Of a stretch of 64,000 bases of DNA, positions 1 through 13,803 are shown one piece after another. The notes below the pieces were generated by a model. That model did no database searches and had not been told where the DNA came from. It was given only the letters and a program-made list of their open reading frames with translations. Every line of letters starts with the position of its first letter. The first letter of the stretch is position 1. The position numbers were made by a program, and so were the translations under genes. The stretch is from Candidatus Pelagibacter sp. (GTDB lineage Bacteria; Pseudomonadota; Alphaproteobacteria; Pelagibacterales; Pelagibacteraceae), in assembly GCF_052049995.1 (NCBI RefSeq), contig NZ_JBNGYX010000001.1, forward strand, positions 57,850-121,849. Reading direction: 5' to 3'.

Positions 1-1
1 A

Positions 2-106
2 AGAGATATTACCAAAAAAGTTCTTAATTCAAATCAAAAGACAGTTTTGCTCGCAATCTATAATAATCAAAATCAAAGACGATACATTGGTGTTAAGCTA
101 GACTAG
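2..106 (+). CDS. 3' end of a gene running in from the left; probable C-terminal PDZ end of a DegP/HtrA protease (partial)
   Basis: Open frame from nt 2: RDITKKVLNSNQKTVLLAIYNNQNQRRYIGVKLD* (TAG 104-106), 2 nt before miaA. The ending resembles DegP C-termini; degP-miaA adjacency is recalled for alphaproteobacteria. Confidence 0.55.
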   Translation, partial: RDITKKVLNSNQKTVLLAIYNNQNQRRYIGVKLD

Positions 107-108
107 TA

Positions 109-1017
109 ATGTATTTAAAATCCAAGATAATATTAATATCTGGACCCACAGCATCAGGAAAATCAAGTTTTGCAATTAAAGTTGCGAAAAAAGTAGATGG
201 AGAGATTATTAATGCAGATAGCATGCAAGTATATAAAGAGCTTAAAATTTTGTCAGCTAGACCAGATCCAAAAAAATATCAGAAAATAAAACATCACCTA
301 TATGGTTTTCATAATGTAACAAAAAACTTCTCAACAGGTGATTGGCTTAAGCTAGTAATTAAAAAAATTAAGGAAGTTCAAAAAAGAAAAAAAATTCCAA
401 TTCTTGTTGGAGGGACAGGTTTATATTTTAAAGCTTTAACAGATGGTTTAGTTAAAATACCAAATATTTCATTAAAATTAAGAAATCAAATTAGAGATAT
501 GCAAAAAAAACTTGGACAAAAGAACTTTTATGAAAAATTATTAAAATTAGATCCATTCTCAATAGGAAAAATAAACCCTACAGATACTCAAAGATCCATC
601 AGAGCTTATGAAGTTAAAAAGTTTACAAACAAATCTTTAACTGAATGGTTTAAAAAAACAAAACCAAACTTCGTGGAAGATGACTTTTTTAAAATTTATA
701 TTGATTTTCCTAGACAAGAATTAATAGAGCGTATCAATCTAAGAACAAGGGAGATGATAAAAAAAGGAGCAATAAAAGAAGTAAAAGATTTCATAAAGCT
801 AAGGGTTAGAAAAGATAAAAGTGCTAACAAGGCCATAGGAGTTAAAGAAATTAGAGAATATTTAAAAAAACAAAAAGATTTGAATGATACTAGAGATAAA
901 ATAGCCATAAAAACTAGACAATACGCCAAAAGACAAAGTACTTGGGCTAGAGGTAACATGATTAGTTGGATGAAACTGAAGCCACAAGACATAAATAATT
1001 TTTTGAAAAAAATTTAA
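109..1017 (+). CDS. miaA: tRNA dimethylallyltransferase
   Basis: GPTASGKS P-loop, NADSMQVY, VGGTGLY and TRQYAKRQ motifs. Confidence 0.97.
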   Translation: MYLKSKIILISGPTASGKSSFAIKVAKKVDGEIINADSMQVYKELKILSARPDPKKYQKIKHHLYGFHNVTKNFSTGDWLKLVIKKIKEVQKRKKIPILVGGTGLYFKALTDGLVKIPNISLKLRNQIRDMQKKLGQKNFYEKLLKLDPFSIGKINPTDTQRSIRAYEVKKFTNKSLTEWFKKTKPNFVEDDFFKIYIDFPRQELIERINLRTREMIKKGAIKEVKDFIKLRVRKDKSANKAIGVKEIREYLKKQKDLNDTRDKIAIKTRQYAKRQSTWARGNMISWMKLKPQDINNFLKKI

Positions 1018-1034
1018 AATTTTCATTCTTAAAC

Positions 1035-1064
1035 TTGACCAATGAGTACAACTTCAGCTAGATT
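1035..1064 (+). promoter_or_regulatory. Putative sigma70 promoter of ilvB
   Basis: TTGACC (1035-1040) and GCTAGATT (1057-1064), matching the alphaproteobacterial TTG...GCTANAWN pattern; ends 5 nt before the ATG. Confidence 0.5.
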
Positions 1065-1069
1065 GCATA

Positions 1070-2836
1070 ATGCCAAAATTATTTACTGGAGCAGAAATTG
1101 TATTTAAATGTCTTGAAGACCAAAAGGTAGAACATATCTTTGGTTATCCAGGTGGTGCCGTATTACCAATTTATGATGAGTTAAAAAATCATCCAACTAT
1201 AAAACATATTCTAGTAAGACATGAACAAGGTGCTGGTCACGCAGCTGAGGGTTATGCAAGATCATCAGGAAAACCAGGTGTAGTATTAGTTACATCAGGT
1301 CCTGGGGCAACTAATGTTGTTACAGCCTTAACAGATGCTTATATGGATTCCGTACCGTTAGTTTGTATTTCTGGTCAAGTTCCAACTCATTTAATTGGAA
1401 CTGATGCTTTCCAAGAATGTGATACTACAGGAATTACAAGACCTTGTACTAAACACAATTGGTTAGTAAAAGATATTAATGATCTTTCTAAAGTTATGCA
1501 TGAAGCTTTTAGAGTTGCAACAACTGGAAGACCAGGACCAGTTTTAATTGACATTCCAAAAGATATTCAGTTTGCAAAAACAAAATACAAAAAACCAAAT
1601 AAAGAAAAAAAATTAAACGGAAAATCGCATAATAAATTTTCTCAAGATCAAATTGATGAATTAGTTAAGTTATTAAGCAAGGCCAAAAAACCAATCATAT
1701 ATAGTGGGGGAGGAGTAATTAACTCAGGTCCAAAAGCAAGTCAGGCTCTAAGAGAATTTGTTGAGCTAACCGGTTTTCCTATTACTTCTACACTTCAGGG
1801 ATTAGGTGCGTACCCTGGAGATGATAATCAATTTTTAGGAATGCTTGGTATGCACGGTACATATGAAGCGAATAATGCTATGCACGATTGTGATCTTTTA
1901 ATTAACATCGGCGCAAGGTTTGACGATCGTATTACTGGAAAAATTGACGAGTTTTCACCAAATTCAAAAAAAGTTCATATTGATATAGATCCATCATCAA
2001 TTAATAAAATCATTAAAGTAGATCTTGCAATAGTTGGAGACGTCACGAGTGTAATCAGTAAAATTAATAAAACAATTGCTAAAAGAAAAAATGGTCATAG
2101 CAAATCAAACAAATCAAATATTGCTAAGTGGTGGGAACAAATAGAGACATGGAGAGAAAAAAATTCTCTCAATTTTGTAAATAGCGATGAAAATATAAAG
2201 CCTCAACATGCTGTTCAAAGACTTTATGAATTAACTAAGAATAAAGATACTTATGTTACTACTGAGGTTGGACAACATCAGATGTGGGCTGCTCAACATT
2301 ATAAATTTAATAAACCAAACAGATGGATGACATCTGGCGGTTTAGGAACTATGGGGTACGGATTGCCAGCAGCGGTTGGTGTACAAATTGCTCACCCTGA
2401 AAAATTAGTAATTGACATTGCTGGAGAAGCCTCAGTTTTAATGACTATGCAAGAAATGTCTACTGCTGTTCAGTACAATCTTCCGATAAAAATATTTATT
2501 TTAAATAATCAATACATGGGAATGGTAAGACAATGGCAGGAACTATTGCATGAAAAGAATTATTCTGAAAGTTATTCTGAAGCATTACCAGATTTCATGA
2601 AAATGGCAGAAGCTTATGGATGCAAAGGAATTAAAGCAGATAATCCATCTGATCTGGATGATAAAATTCAAGAAATGATAGATTATGATGGACCAGTTAT
2701 ATTTGATTGCCATGTAGATCCTAATGAAAATTGTTTTCCAATGATCCCATCTGGAAAACCTCATAACCAAATGATCTTAGGTCCAAATGATCAAGAGGAT
2801 AATAAAATTAAGGGCAAAGGCAAAGCCTTAGTATAA
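1070..2836 (+). CDS. ilvB: Acetolactate synthase large subunit
   Basis: FGYPGGAVLPIYD, RHEQGAGHAAEGYAR, SGGLGTMGYG, LNNQYMGMVRQWQ. Confidence 0.97.
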   Translation: MPKLFTGAEIVFKCLEDQKVEHIFGYPGGAVLPIYDELKNHPTIKHILVRHEQGAGHAAEGYARSSGKPGVVLVTSGPGATNVVTALTDAYMDSVPLVCISGQVPTHLIGTDAFQECDTTGITRPCTKHNWLVKDINDLSKVMHEAFRVATTGRPGPVLIDIPKDIQFAKTKYKKPNKEKKLNGKSHNKFSQDQIDELVKLLSKAKKPIIYSGGGVINSGPKASQALREFVELTGFPITSTLQGLGAYPGDDNQFLGMLGMHGTYEANNAMHDCDLLINIGARFDDRITGKIDEFSPNSKKVHIDIDPSSINKIIKVDLAIVGDVTSVISKINKTIAKRKNGHSKSNKSNIAKWWEQIETWREKNSLNFVNSDENIKPQHAVQRLYELTKNKDTYVTTEVGQHQMWAAQHYKFNKPNRWMTSGGLGTMGYGLPAAVGVQIAHPEKLVIDIAGEASVLMTMQEMSTAVQYNLPIKIFILNNQYMGMVRQWQELLHEKNYSESYSEALPDFMKMAEAYGCKGIKADNPSDLDDKIQEMIDYDGPVIFDCHVDPNENCFPMIPSGKPHNQMILGPNDQEDNKIKGKGKALV

Positions 2837-2841
2837 TTATA

Positions 2842-3390
2842 ATGCCGAAATCAAAATCAGCTTATAGCATACCTACGAAGAAACAAAAACCAGATACATA
2901 TATTTTTGTGGTATGGGTAGATAATGAGGCTGGAGTTTTGGCAAGAGTAGTCGGTTTATTTTCTGGGCGTGGATACAATATCGAGTCACTAGCAGTTGCT
3001 GAGGTTGATGCAGTAAAAAATATTTCAAGAATAACAATTGTTACTACTGGAACACCTCAAGTAATTGATCAAATAAGACTCCAATTAACAAAGTTAGTAC
3101 CTGTTCATAAAGTTGCTGAGTTTAAAAGAGAGGATAAAGGCGTAATTTTTAAAGAAATGGCTTTATTTAAAGTTGTAGGAAAAAGAAATAAAATTGAAAA
3201 ATGCTTAAATGCTTGTAAAAAATTTAATCCCGTAATATTAGATGAAACAAAAACTTCAGCAGTAATTCAAATAACTGCTCTTAGAAGAGAAATTGATAAA
3301 ATGAATAAAAAATTAAAGCCTTTAGGTCTTATTAGTACTTCGAGAACTGGGGCAGTAGCTATGACCAGAGGTGCTAAAATATTTAATTAA
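2842..3390 (+). CDS. ilvH: Acetolactate synthase small (regulatory, ACT) subunit
   Basis: DNEAGVLARVVGLFSGRGYNIESL ACT motif; directly follows the large subunit. Confidence 0.95.
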   Translation: MPKSKSAYSIPTKKQKPDTYIFVVWVDNEAGVLARVVGLFSGRGYNIESLAVAEVDAVKNISRITIVTTGTPQVIDQIRLQLTKLVPVHKVAEFKREDKGVIFKEMALFKVVGKRNKIEKCLNACKKFNPVILDETKTSAVIQITALRREIDKMNKKLKPLGLISTSRTGAVAMTRGAKIFN

Positions 3391-4431
<1,041 letters not shown>

Positions 4432-4513
4432 ATTTTATCAGTAAATTATTGCTACTATAATTCAATTATTTCACTTATACTTTTTTAAATAAATTTAAAA
4501 AACGAGGGGAATA

Positions 4514-6076
4514 ATGAAGACTAAAAATATAGTAAGAATACTATTGTCGTTAGTTCTAGTATTCGGATTTTCTTCAGCATGGGCAAAAACTATTAAATGG
4601 TCTATGCAAGGAGACAGTCTAACGCTAGATCCACATGCACAAAATGAGGGTCCAACTACACAAGTATCTAGACAAGTTTACGAAGCTCTAGTTCAAAGGG
4701 GTTTGGACATGAAAATAGGACCTGCTTTAGCAACAAAATGGAAAGCTACTGATCCAAATACTTGGATTTTTACTTTAAGAGAAGACGCTAAGTTTTCAGA
4801 TGGTTCTGGAATGACATCTGCGGATGTTGTTTTTAGTATATTAAGAGCCAAGCAAAGAACATCTGATTTTAAAGAATACATCAGCACTGTTGCTAATGTT
4901 GAAGCGGTTGGAGATTACTCTGTTAAAATAACTACAAGTAAACCTAACCCTATTCTTTTAAACCAATTGTCTAACATTTTTATAATGTCTAAAGCTTGGT
5001 CAGAGAAAAACTTTGCAATGTCTCCACAAAATTGGGATGCAGGACAAGAAACTTTCTCTGCTACTAATGCTATGGGAACTGGTCCTTTTAAAATAACTTT
5101 AAGAGAGCCTAACACCAAGACAGTGTTTAAAAGAAATAAACATTGGTGGGGTGAAATGAAGGACAAAAAAGTAACTCAAATTGAATTAATGCCTATTAAA
5201 AATGCAGCTACAAGAGTAGCAGCTTTATTATCTGGTGAAATTGATATAGTTACTGATGCTCCTGTTCAAGACTTAAAAAGAATTGGATCTTCTTCAGGTC
5301 ACAAAGTTGAAAGTACAGCTCAAATGAGAACAATTTTCTTAGGTATGGATCAAGCAGCTGACAAATTAAGAACTGGTAATACAGGTGATAATCCATTTAA
5401 GAAAAAAGAAGTAAGACAAGCTCTTTATCAAGCAATAGATATTGAAGCGATCAAGAAAAAAGTTATGAGAGGTTTAAGTGAACCAGCTGGAATTATAACT
5501 TTCCCAGGTGTAAATGGATATACAGCTGATCTTGATAAAAGATTACCTTACGATGTTAATGCTGCAAAAAAACTTTTAGCTGATGCGGGTTATCCTAATG
5601 GTTTTGACGTTGAACTTAGATGTCCTAATGACAGATATGTAAACGATGAGGCAATCTGTACTGCTGTTGTTGGAATGTTGGGTAAAATTGGAGTTAATGT
5701 TAACTTATTTGCTCAAACCAAAAGTAAACACTTCAAAGAGCTTAAAGATGATCAAGGTGATTTCTATATGCTAGGATGGGGTGTTCCAACTTTAGATAGT
5801 CACTATGTTTTCCATTACCTATATGAAACTGGTGCTAGCTGGAACAAAGTTAACTTTAGTAACGCTGATGTTGATGCTGCAATTAGAGTTATGGAAGGTG
5901 AAGTTGATTTAGTTAAAAGAAATGCTGCAATTGCAAAAGCTTGGAAAATTGTAAAAGATGATATTTCTTATCTTCCTTTACATCACCAAGTAATTTCTTG
6001 GGCATCTAAAAGCAATGTTAATGTTCCTATCAGACCGAATAACGAACCGTTATTTAGAACTGCTAGTTTTAACTAA
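4514..6076 (+). CDS. ABC transporter substrate-binding protein, family 5 (DppA/OppA/NikA-like)
   Basis: Signal peptide; TLDPH..NEGPT, YEALV, GTGPF, VRQALYQAID motifs; SD GAGGGG. Confidence 0.92.
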   Translation: MKTKNIVRILLSLVLVFGFSSAWAKTIKWSMQGDSLTLDPHAQNEGPTTQVSRQVYEALVQRGLDMKIGPALATKWKATDPNTWIFTLREDAKFSDGSGMTSADVVFSILRAKQRTSDFKEYISTVANVEAVGDYSVKITTSKPNPILLNQLSNIFIMSKAWSEKNFAMSPQNWDAGQETFSATNAMGTGPFKITLREPNTKTVFKRNKHWWGEMKDKKVTQIELMPIKNAATRVAALLSGEIDIVTDAPVQDLKRIGSSSGHKVESTAQMRTIFLGMDQAADKLRTGNTGDNPFKKKEVRQALYQAIDIEAIKKKVMRGLSEPAGIITFPGVNGYTADLDKRLPYDVNAAKKLLADAGYPNGFDVELRCPNDRYVNDEAICTAVVGMLGKIGVNVNLFAQTKSKHFKELKDDQGDFYMLGWGVPTLDSHYVFHYLYETGASWNKVNFSNADVDAAIRVMEGEVDLVKRNAAIAKAWKIVKDDISYLPLHHQVISWASKSNVNVPIRPNNEPLFRTASFN

Positions 6077-6087
6077 TTAAAAATTAT

Positions 6088-6120
6088 TACAAGCCCTTTA
6101 AAAAATTTAAAGGGCTTGTA
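6088..6120 (+). terminator. Perfect 15-bp hairpin after the SBP gene (attenuating terminator or mRNA stabiliser)
   Basis: TACAAGCCCTTTAAA-aaa-TTTAAAGGGCTTGTA; no long U tract follows. Confidence 0.7.
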
Positions 6121-6138
6121 TATTTAAACCTTCACAAA

Positions 6139-7122
6139 TTGATAAAATATTTTTTTAAAAGGCTGTTTCAATCTGCTTTGGTGATGTTGGTTGTCGCCTT
6201 TGTGTCTTTCTCTTTATTTAATTTTGTTGGAGATCCAATCAATAACATGGTTGGAGAAGAGACTTCTGATGAGGAAAGAGCAGAATTGAGAGAAACACTT
6301 GGTTTAATGGATCCAATTCATGTACAGTTTTCAAGATTTATAGTTAATGCTTCTAAGGGTGAGTTTGGAATTTCATATCAATTAAGAAGACCTGTTTCAG
6401 AATTAATAGTTGAAAGATTGCCAGCAACTATTGAGCTTGTGGTTATTTCAGCACTTATTGCACTAATTACTGGTACTTTGTTAGGAGTTTATACAGGCAT
6501 AAATCGAAAAGGTTTTTTAAGTGATTTTGTCTTAGCCATCTCTTTGTTGGGGGTTTCACTCCCCACATTTGTAATTGGTATATTATTTATATATCTGTTT
6601 GCAGTAATATTAGGAATTTTACCCTCTTTTGGAAGAGGAGAAGTTGTTGATTTAGGTTTTTGGACCACAGGATTTTTAACAGTTTCAGGACTTAAAGCAA
6701 TTATACTTCCTTCAGTAACATTAAGTCTTTTTCAAATGACTTATATCATCAGACTTGTGCGAGCAGAGATAATGGAAATACTACAAACAGATTATATTAA
6801 ATTTGCACGTGCTCGAGGCATTAGTGAAAATAGTATTAAATATAAACATGCATTAAAAAATGGATTGATACCAGTAATAACTATAGCTGGAATAAATATT
6901 GGAACTTTAATTGCGTTTTCAATTATTACTGAAACTGTTTTTCAATGGCCTGGAATGGGCTTCTTATTTATTCAAGCAGTTCAATTCGTCGATATACCAA
7001 TCATGTCAGCTTATTTAGTTTTTATAGCTTTTGTTTTCGTCATGATAAATTTTATAGTTGATATTCTTTATTATTTAATTGATCCAAGAATAAGAGTTAA
7101 AGGAGATACTGCAAGTGGATAA
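6139..7122 (+). CDS. Peptide/nickel ABC permease (DppB-like)
   Basis: RLPATIEL, EAA-type loop DYIKFARARG, TETVFQWPGMG; TTG start. Confidence 0.92.
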   Translation: MIKYFFKRLFQSALVMLVVAFVSFSLFNFVGDPINNMVGEETSDEERAELRETLGLMDPIHVQFSRFIVNASKGEFGISYQLRRPVSELIVERLPATIELVVISALIALITGTLLGVYTGINRKGFLSDFVLAISLLGVSLPTFVIGILFIYLFAVILGILPSFGRGEVVDLGFWTTGFLTVSGLKAIILPSVTLSLFQMTYIIRLVRAEIMEILQTDYIKFARARGISENSIKYKHALKNGLIPVITIAGINIGTLIAFSIITETVFQWPGMGFLFIQAVQFVDIPIMSAYLVFIAFVFVMINFIVDILYYLIDPRIRVKGDTASG

Positions 7123-8044
7123 CAAATCTTTAAGTACTTGGGAAAGAATAAAAGATAGTGATATTTATCATAGCTTTATTAAATCGCCTACTGCGATTGC
7201 ATCATCTACTATTTTATTTATAATTTTTTTCTGTTCTTTTTTTGTTGAGCTCGTAACACCTTACAATCCCTTTGACCCATCCTCTCTATCATTGATGGAT
7301 GCATTCACACCACCTTCATGGACAGAAGATGGTCTTGCTAAATTTATTTTAGGTACTGACGGACAAGGAAGAGATATGTTATCAACAATTTTATATGGAT
7401 GTAGGATTTCTTTAATAGTAGGCTTTTCTGCAATAATTTTTAGCTTAATTCTTGGAGTTGGATTGGGATTAACAGCAGGATTTTTTGGAGGAAAATATGA
7501 AATGATAGTAATGAGATTAACTGATGTTCAGTTAACAGTACCAAGTATTTTGATGGCGTTGTTGGTTGATGGAATAGCAAGAGGATTAATCTCAAGAGAA
7601 ATGCATGATGAAATGGCAATTTATGTTTTAATATTTGCTATTGGAATTTCAGAGTGGCCACAATTTGCTAGAGTTTCTAGAGCTGCAACTTTGGTGGAAA
7701 AAAATAAAGACTATGTTTCAGCATCAACAATAATTGGGGTTTCTAATATAATTATTATGTTTAAACATATTTTACCAAATATTTTAAGACCAGTGTTAGT
7801 AATTGGAACTATTGGTTTAGCTCTTGCTATTTTAGCTGAGTCTACTTTAAGTTTTTTAGGAGTTGGCGTGCCTCCAACAACACCTTCTTTAGGGACATTG
7901 ATACGACTTGGTAATGATTTTTTATTTTCAGGAGAGTGGTGGATAACTTTTTTTCCAGCAATTTTCTTAGTTATTTTAGCATTTTCAATTAATTTATTAG
8001 GGGATTGGATGAGAGATACTTTAAATCCAAAATTAAAAAAATGA
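7115..8044 (+). CDS. Peptide/nickel ABC permease (DppC-like)
   Basis: LGTDGQGRDMLS, HILPNI, ESTLSFLGVG, NLLGDWMRD.L.P. Confidence 0.92.
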   Translation: MDNKSLSTWERIKDSDIYHSFIKSPTAIASSTILFIIFFCSFFVELVTPYNPFDPSSLSLMDAFTPPSWTEDGLAKFILGTDGQGRDMLSTILYGCRISLIVGFSAIIFSLILGVGLGLTAGFFGGKYEMIVMRLTDVQLTVPSILMALLVDGIARGLISREMHDEMAIYVLIFAIGISEWPQFARVSRAATLVEKNKDYVSASTIIGVSNIIIMFKHILPNILRPVLVIGTIGLALAILAESTLSFLGVGVPPTTPSLGTLIRLGNDFLFSGEWWITFFPAIFLVILAFSINLLGDWMRDTLNPKLKK

Positions 8045-9723
8045 CATTCTTAAAAATAAACAATCTTAGTGTTGATTACCAAATGAGAAAAGAAACAGTT
8101 AACGCTGCTAAGAATGTGAATATTGAGGTTAATAAAGGAGAAATTTTAGGATTAGTTGGAGAGTCTGGATCAGGAAAAAGTACAGTAGGAAACGCTATTA
8201 TAAATTTAATTGATGAGCCAGGCAAGGTATCTAGTGGCTCAGTAATTTTAGGTGATCTTAACATTCATGAAAATTCTGAAAGCACTGTTAAATACAGAGG
8301 AAATAAAATTGGATTGATATTTCAAGATCCTCAAACTTCACTTAACCCAATTCTTACAGTTGGGGAACAGTTAATTGAAACAATTCAAACTCATCTACAA
8401 TTAAGCAAAGAAGAAGCAAAAAATAAATCAATAAATCTATTGAAAGAGGTTGGCATAAAAGATGCAGAAACAAGATTTGATAATTATCCTCACCAATTCT
8501 CAGGTGGAATGAGACAGCGAGTAGTAATTTCTCTAGCTCTATGTTGTGAGCCAGAATTGTTAATTGCAGATGAGCCAACAACAGCATTAGATGTATCAAT
8601 TCAATCTCAGATTTTAGAACTAATTAAAAAATTAACAAAAGAAAGAAATCTTGCAGTTATCTTAATTACTCATGACATGGGGGTTATAGCTGAGACTGCT
8701 GATCGTGTAGCGGTTATGAAAAATGGCAATTTAGTTGAAATTGGTGAAACCAAAAAAATATTAACCAATCCACAAGAAAATTATACTAAAAGTTTAGTGA
8801 GCTCAGTTCCACCAACTAATAAAAAAATTTCAAGATTTGTAATAGTTGAAAAAGAAAACAGTGACAAAAAAGAAAATAATATTAAGATATTAAATAGATG
8901 GTCAAAGAAAGAAATTATAAGTCAAGATTTAGTTCAGATAAAAAATTTGAATAAAAGTTTTGATGATAATTTTTTTACAGAAAGTTCTAAAAATTCTGTG
9001 ATGGCTGTTAATAATGTTTCATTTGAAATAAAAGAGGGCGAATCTTTTGGCTTGGTAGGAGAAAGTGGGAGTGGAAAATCTACAATTGCTAAAATGATTG
9101 TAAATTTATTTAAACCTACATCTGGTGATATTTTCTTTGATAACGTTTGTATAACTAAAATTAAACAGAGATCTGAATTAATGAAATTCAGAAAACAAAT
9201 TCAAATGATATTTCAAGATCCTTATTCTTCACTAAATGGAAGATTAAAAGTAAAAGATATAATTGCAGAACCAATTACACTTCATAACCCATCTATATCT
9301 ACTTTAGATTTAAATAATTATATTCATGATTTACTGGAGTCTGTAGAATTAACTCAAAAATCTGCGGATAGATATCCACATGAATTTTCTGGAGGACAGA
9401 GGCAGAGAATATCAATAGCAAGAGCACTTGCCACACAACCAAGACTTTTAGTTTGTGATGAACCGACCTCTGCTTTGGATGTAAGTATCCAAGCCCAAAT
9501 ATTAAATTTACTCAAAGATCTTCAAGAACAATTAAATTTAACAATTTTGTTTATAAGTCACGACCTACCTGTTGTTAGACAAATGTGTGATAGAATTGGA
9601 GTCTTAAAAGATGGCAAATTATGTGAGGTTTCAAACACTGAGGATTTATTTTTAAAACCAACACATGAATATACGAAAGAACTTTTACGGTTAATGCCTA
9701 AAATTGAGTCTATTTATAATTAA
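8041..9723 (+). CDS. Fused double ABC ATPase (DppD-DppF type)
   Basis: Two Walker A (GESGSGKS), two YPH(Q/E)FSGG signatures, two DEPT Walker B. ATG 8041 overlaps the upstream TGA (ATGA) and is preferred over the track start at 8005. Confidence 0.93.
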   Translation: MTFLKINNLSVDYQMRKETVNAAKNVNIEVNKGEILGLVGESGSGKSTVGNAIINLIDEPGKVSSGSVILGDLNIHENSESTVKYRGNKIGLIFQDPQTSLNPILTVGEQLIETIQTHLQLSKEEAKNKSINLLKEVGIKDAETRFDNYPHQFSGGMRQRVVISLALCCEPELLIADEPTTALDVSIQSQILELIKKLTKERNLAVILITHDMGVIAETADRVAVMKNGNLVEIGETKKILTNPQENYTKSLVSSVPPTNKKISRFVIVEKENSDKKENNIKILNRWSKKEIISQDLVQIKNLNKSFDDNFFTESSKNSVMAVNNVSFEIKEGESFGLVGESGSGKSTIAKMIVNLFKPTSGDIFFDNVCITKIKQRSELMKFRKQIQMIFQDPYSSLNGRLKVKDIIAEPITLHNPSISTLDLNNYIHDLLESVELTQKSADRYPHEFSGGQRQRISIARALATQPRLLVCDEPTSALDVSIQAQILNLLKDLQEQLNLTILFISHDLPVVRQMCDRIGVLKDGKLCEVSNTEDLFLKPTHEYTKELLRLMPKIESIYN

Positions 9724-9775
9724 TTTTTAGTAAGCCTAAAATGGTCCATTAAAAGTTATAATTTAACTTATTATT

Positions 9776-9803
9776 TTGCAATCTCTCTCATAGATTGTAT
9801 TAT
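9776..9803 (+). promoter_or_regulatory. Possible sigma70 promoter of leuA-mre operon
   Basis: TTGCAA (9776-9781), 16 nt spacer, TATTAT (9798-9803); chance matches are common in AT-rich DNA. Confidence 0.3.
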
Positions 9804-9825
9804 AGATTTTCTAAAAATTTTAATT

Positions 9826-12431
<2,606 letters not shown>

Positions 12432-12436
12432 GAAAA

Positions 12437-13285
12437 ATGGCTACTGGCAGAGATGATTTTGTAATTGCCATTAGGTCAGCTTTTTTAAAAAAAAAAGATA
12501 AACAAAAATTTTCTTTATTAACTTTAATTGTTTTATCAATTTTTGTAATTGTTCTAAGTAATTTTAATTTTAAAGTAATACAATTTGTTAAATTAGGAAT
12601 TAATGAAGTAATTTATAGATCATCTAATATTGCATCAATCCCAGAAAATAAATTAAAAGAGATAAGTTCAAAATTCAAATCACACATGGATTTATATGAA
12701 AGTCATCAAAGAGAATTAATTAAAATAGAAAATTCTGACCAACTTAAATTACAAAATAAGTATTTAAATGCGGAAAATGAAAAGCTTAGAGGGTTACTAG
12801 ATGAAAGTATAAATTCACAAGAAATATTTGCCAGAGTTTTAATTGATAAAGACAGCCCGTATTTAAAATCAGTAGTATTAAACAAAGGCACAAAAGATAA
12901 AGTAAAAATTGGAATGGCTGTTGTTGATGACGTTTATCTGGTGGGCCAAATAATTGAAGTAAATTACACTAATTCAAGAGCATTACTATTGTCAGATCTT
13001 AATAGCAAAATACCATCTGTTTTAGAGCCAGATGACATACAAGCCGTAATTTCTGGTACAGGAAGTGATTTTGGAAAAATTGAACATACTCAAGAAGAAT
13101 TTAGAGAAGAATTTAAAAATAAAGAAATTTTTGCTTACACCTCGGGTCTTGGTGGCTTATTCAAGCCTGGTATACCTATTGGAAAAATCAAAAACATATC
13201 AGATGGAAAAATTAATTTTTTTTCTGATTTTACACAACTCAATTATGTAAAAATAATTTCTTATAAAATAGGTGGAGAAGAATAA
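12437..13285 (+). CDS. mreC: Rod shape-determining protein MreC
   Basis: N-terminal TM, coiled coil (ENEKLRGLL), LNKG..D, LVGQIIEV; follows mreB. Confidence 0.9.
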   Translation: MATGRDDFVIAIRSAFLKKKDKQKFSLLTLIVLSIFVIVLSNFNFKVIQFVKLGINEVIYRSSNIASIPENKLKEISSKFKSHMDLYESHQRELIKIENSDQLKLQNKYLNAENEKLRGLLDESINSQEIFARVLIDKDSPYLKSVVLNKGTKDKVKIGMAVVDDVYLVGQIIEVNYTNSRALLLSDLNSKIPSVLEPDDIQAVISGTGSDFGKIEHTQEEFREEFKNKEIFAYTSGLGGLFKPGIPIGKIKNISDGKINFFSDFTQLNYVKIISYKIGGEE

Positions 13286-13803
13286 TGTCATCACTTAATA
13301 AAAGTCCTTTTTTAAAAATATTATTATCCTATTTACCATTTATAATGTTATTTTTTTCTGTGTTAAATGAATTTGATTTTAATTACTTAAAACTTGATTA
13401 TTTTGCTTTTAATTTTGCTCATCTATTAATTTTCTTTTGGACCTTAAGAAATCCTGATCAATTAGGTTATCTAGCAATTTTCTTTGCAGGTATAATTAAT
13501 GATGTTGTAATAGGTATACCAATAGGAATTAGTAGTTTTTGTTATCTTATTCTTTGCTCTGTAACAGCTTACATAAGAAACATTACTTTATCCCCAAACT
13601 TTATGAAGGACTGGATATCATTATTATTCACAATTTTATTAATAAATTCAATTCAAGTAATTATTTTAGATTTAGTCTTTTTAATTAAAGTTGATTACAC
13701 TAATTATTTAATTAACTCAGGTTTTACTTTTTTATTTTATCCAATATTTTTTTTATTTTTTAATTTTTTAAACGAAAGAATTTCATATCAAACAAATGAT
13801 TAA
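13285..13803 (+). CDS. mreD: Rod shape-determining protein MreD
   Basis: Very hydrophobic 172 aa between mreC and mrdA; FAGIINDVVIG.P.G motif. Confidence 0.85.
   Translation: MSSLNKSPFLKILLSYLPFIMLFFSVLNEFDFNYLKLDYFAFNFAHLLIFFWTLRNPDQLGYLAIFFAGIINDVVIGIPIGISSFCYLILCSVTAYIRNITLSPNFMKDWISLLFTILLINSIQVIILDLVFLIKVDYTNYLINSGFTFLFYPIFFLFFNFLNERISYQTND

Noticed and set aside
8005-8040. Longer N-terminus for the fused ATPase given by the ORF track
   Set aside because: Lies inside the upstream permease; ATG 8041 with ATGA coupling is the natural start
9724-9825. Leucine attenuator upstream of leuA
   Set aside because: No Leu-rich leader ORF and no terminator/antiterminator stems in the gap
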